This document shows, piece after piece, positions 63,636 through 64,000 of a stretch of 64,000 nt of DNA. The notes under the pieces were generated by a model. The model saw only the letters and a list, made by a program, of their open reading frames with translations, searched no databases and was not told where the DNA came from. Location: positions 25,978,001-26,042,000 of the forward strand of contig NC_043009.1 in the NCBI RefSeq assembly GCF_006345805.1. Direction: 5' to 3'. The translations under genes were made by a program, and so were the position numbers. Each line of letters begins with the position of its first letter. The stretch's first letter is position 1. Source of the stretch: Octopus sinensis (lineage: Eukaryota).

Positions 63636-64000
63636 TAATAATAATAATAATAATAATGATAATAATAATCAAGAGTTTTCAATATATTATGTGAGGTATT
63701 TATCAATAACGCCAACGAAGAATACCTCTCTCGTATAATGTCTTTGATTTCTTTTTTGATTTCTTGCAAGAAAACAATGTGTGCCAACATTCTTGAATTG
63801 TACGTTGAAGAATCTCTCATTATATAAATATTCCAATATCCACATTGCTTCAGAAATACCACAGAAACAAAACAAAGCAACAACAACAAAATTCAATTCG
63901 CAAAACATTTAATCTTCGATTTAGCATCAACCAAATATCATCGGTGATTATTTTCATTTCATATAACATTTTAGTTTAACCATAGAAAAAAAAAATTCAA

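Overview
AT-rich, microsatellite-saturated eukaryotic DNA. Repeat style and SINE types point to an octopod cephalopod genome; this is inference. There is one 100-N scaffold gap. I could not support any intact host gene, tRNA or rRNA gene, or CRISPR array, and most listed ORFs are translations of (TA)n, (CA)n, (TATG)n, (TAA)n or (GAT)n repeats. The window is a layered transposon landscape: (1) two Penelope-like elements (PLEs; RT plus GIY-YIG, both disrupted) and many orphan PLE tails; (2) R4/Dong-type LINE 3' ends with a restriction-like endonuclease (RLE), stacked in (TAA)n; (3) a full-length IR/DR DD34E Tc1 element; (4) two back-to-back Helitrons; (5) at least four tRNA-derived SINE families; (6) a nested foldback MITE with 8-bp TSDs; (7) a tandem ORF1-only (half-LINE-like) element. 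The most interesting signals are a set of minimal hammerhead-ribozyme motifs in PLE tails (best at 22212-22259, minus strand), the ORF1-only element sharing its 3' tail with a SINE, a triple nest with TSDs at each level, and several fold-back inverted duplications. Family names come from motifs recognised by eye, not from database searches. Many boundaries are approximate.
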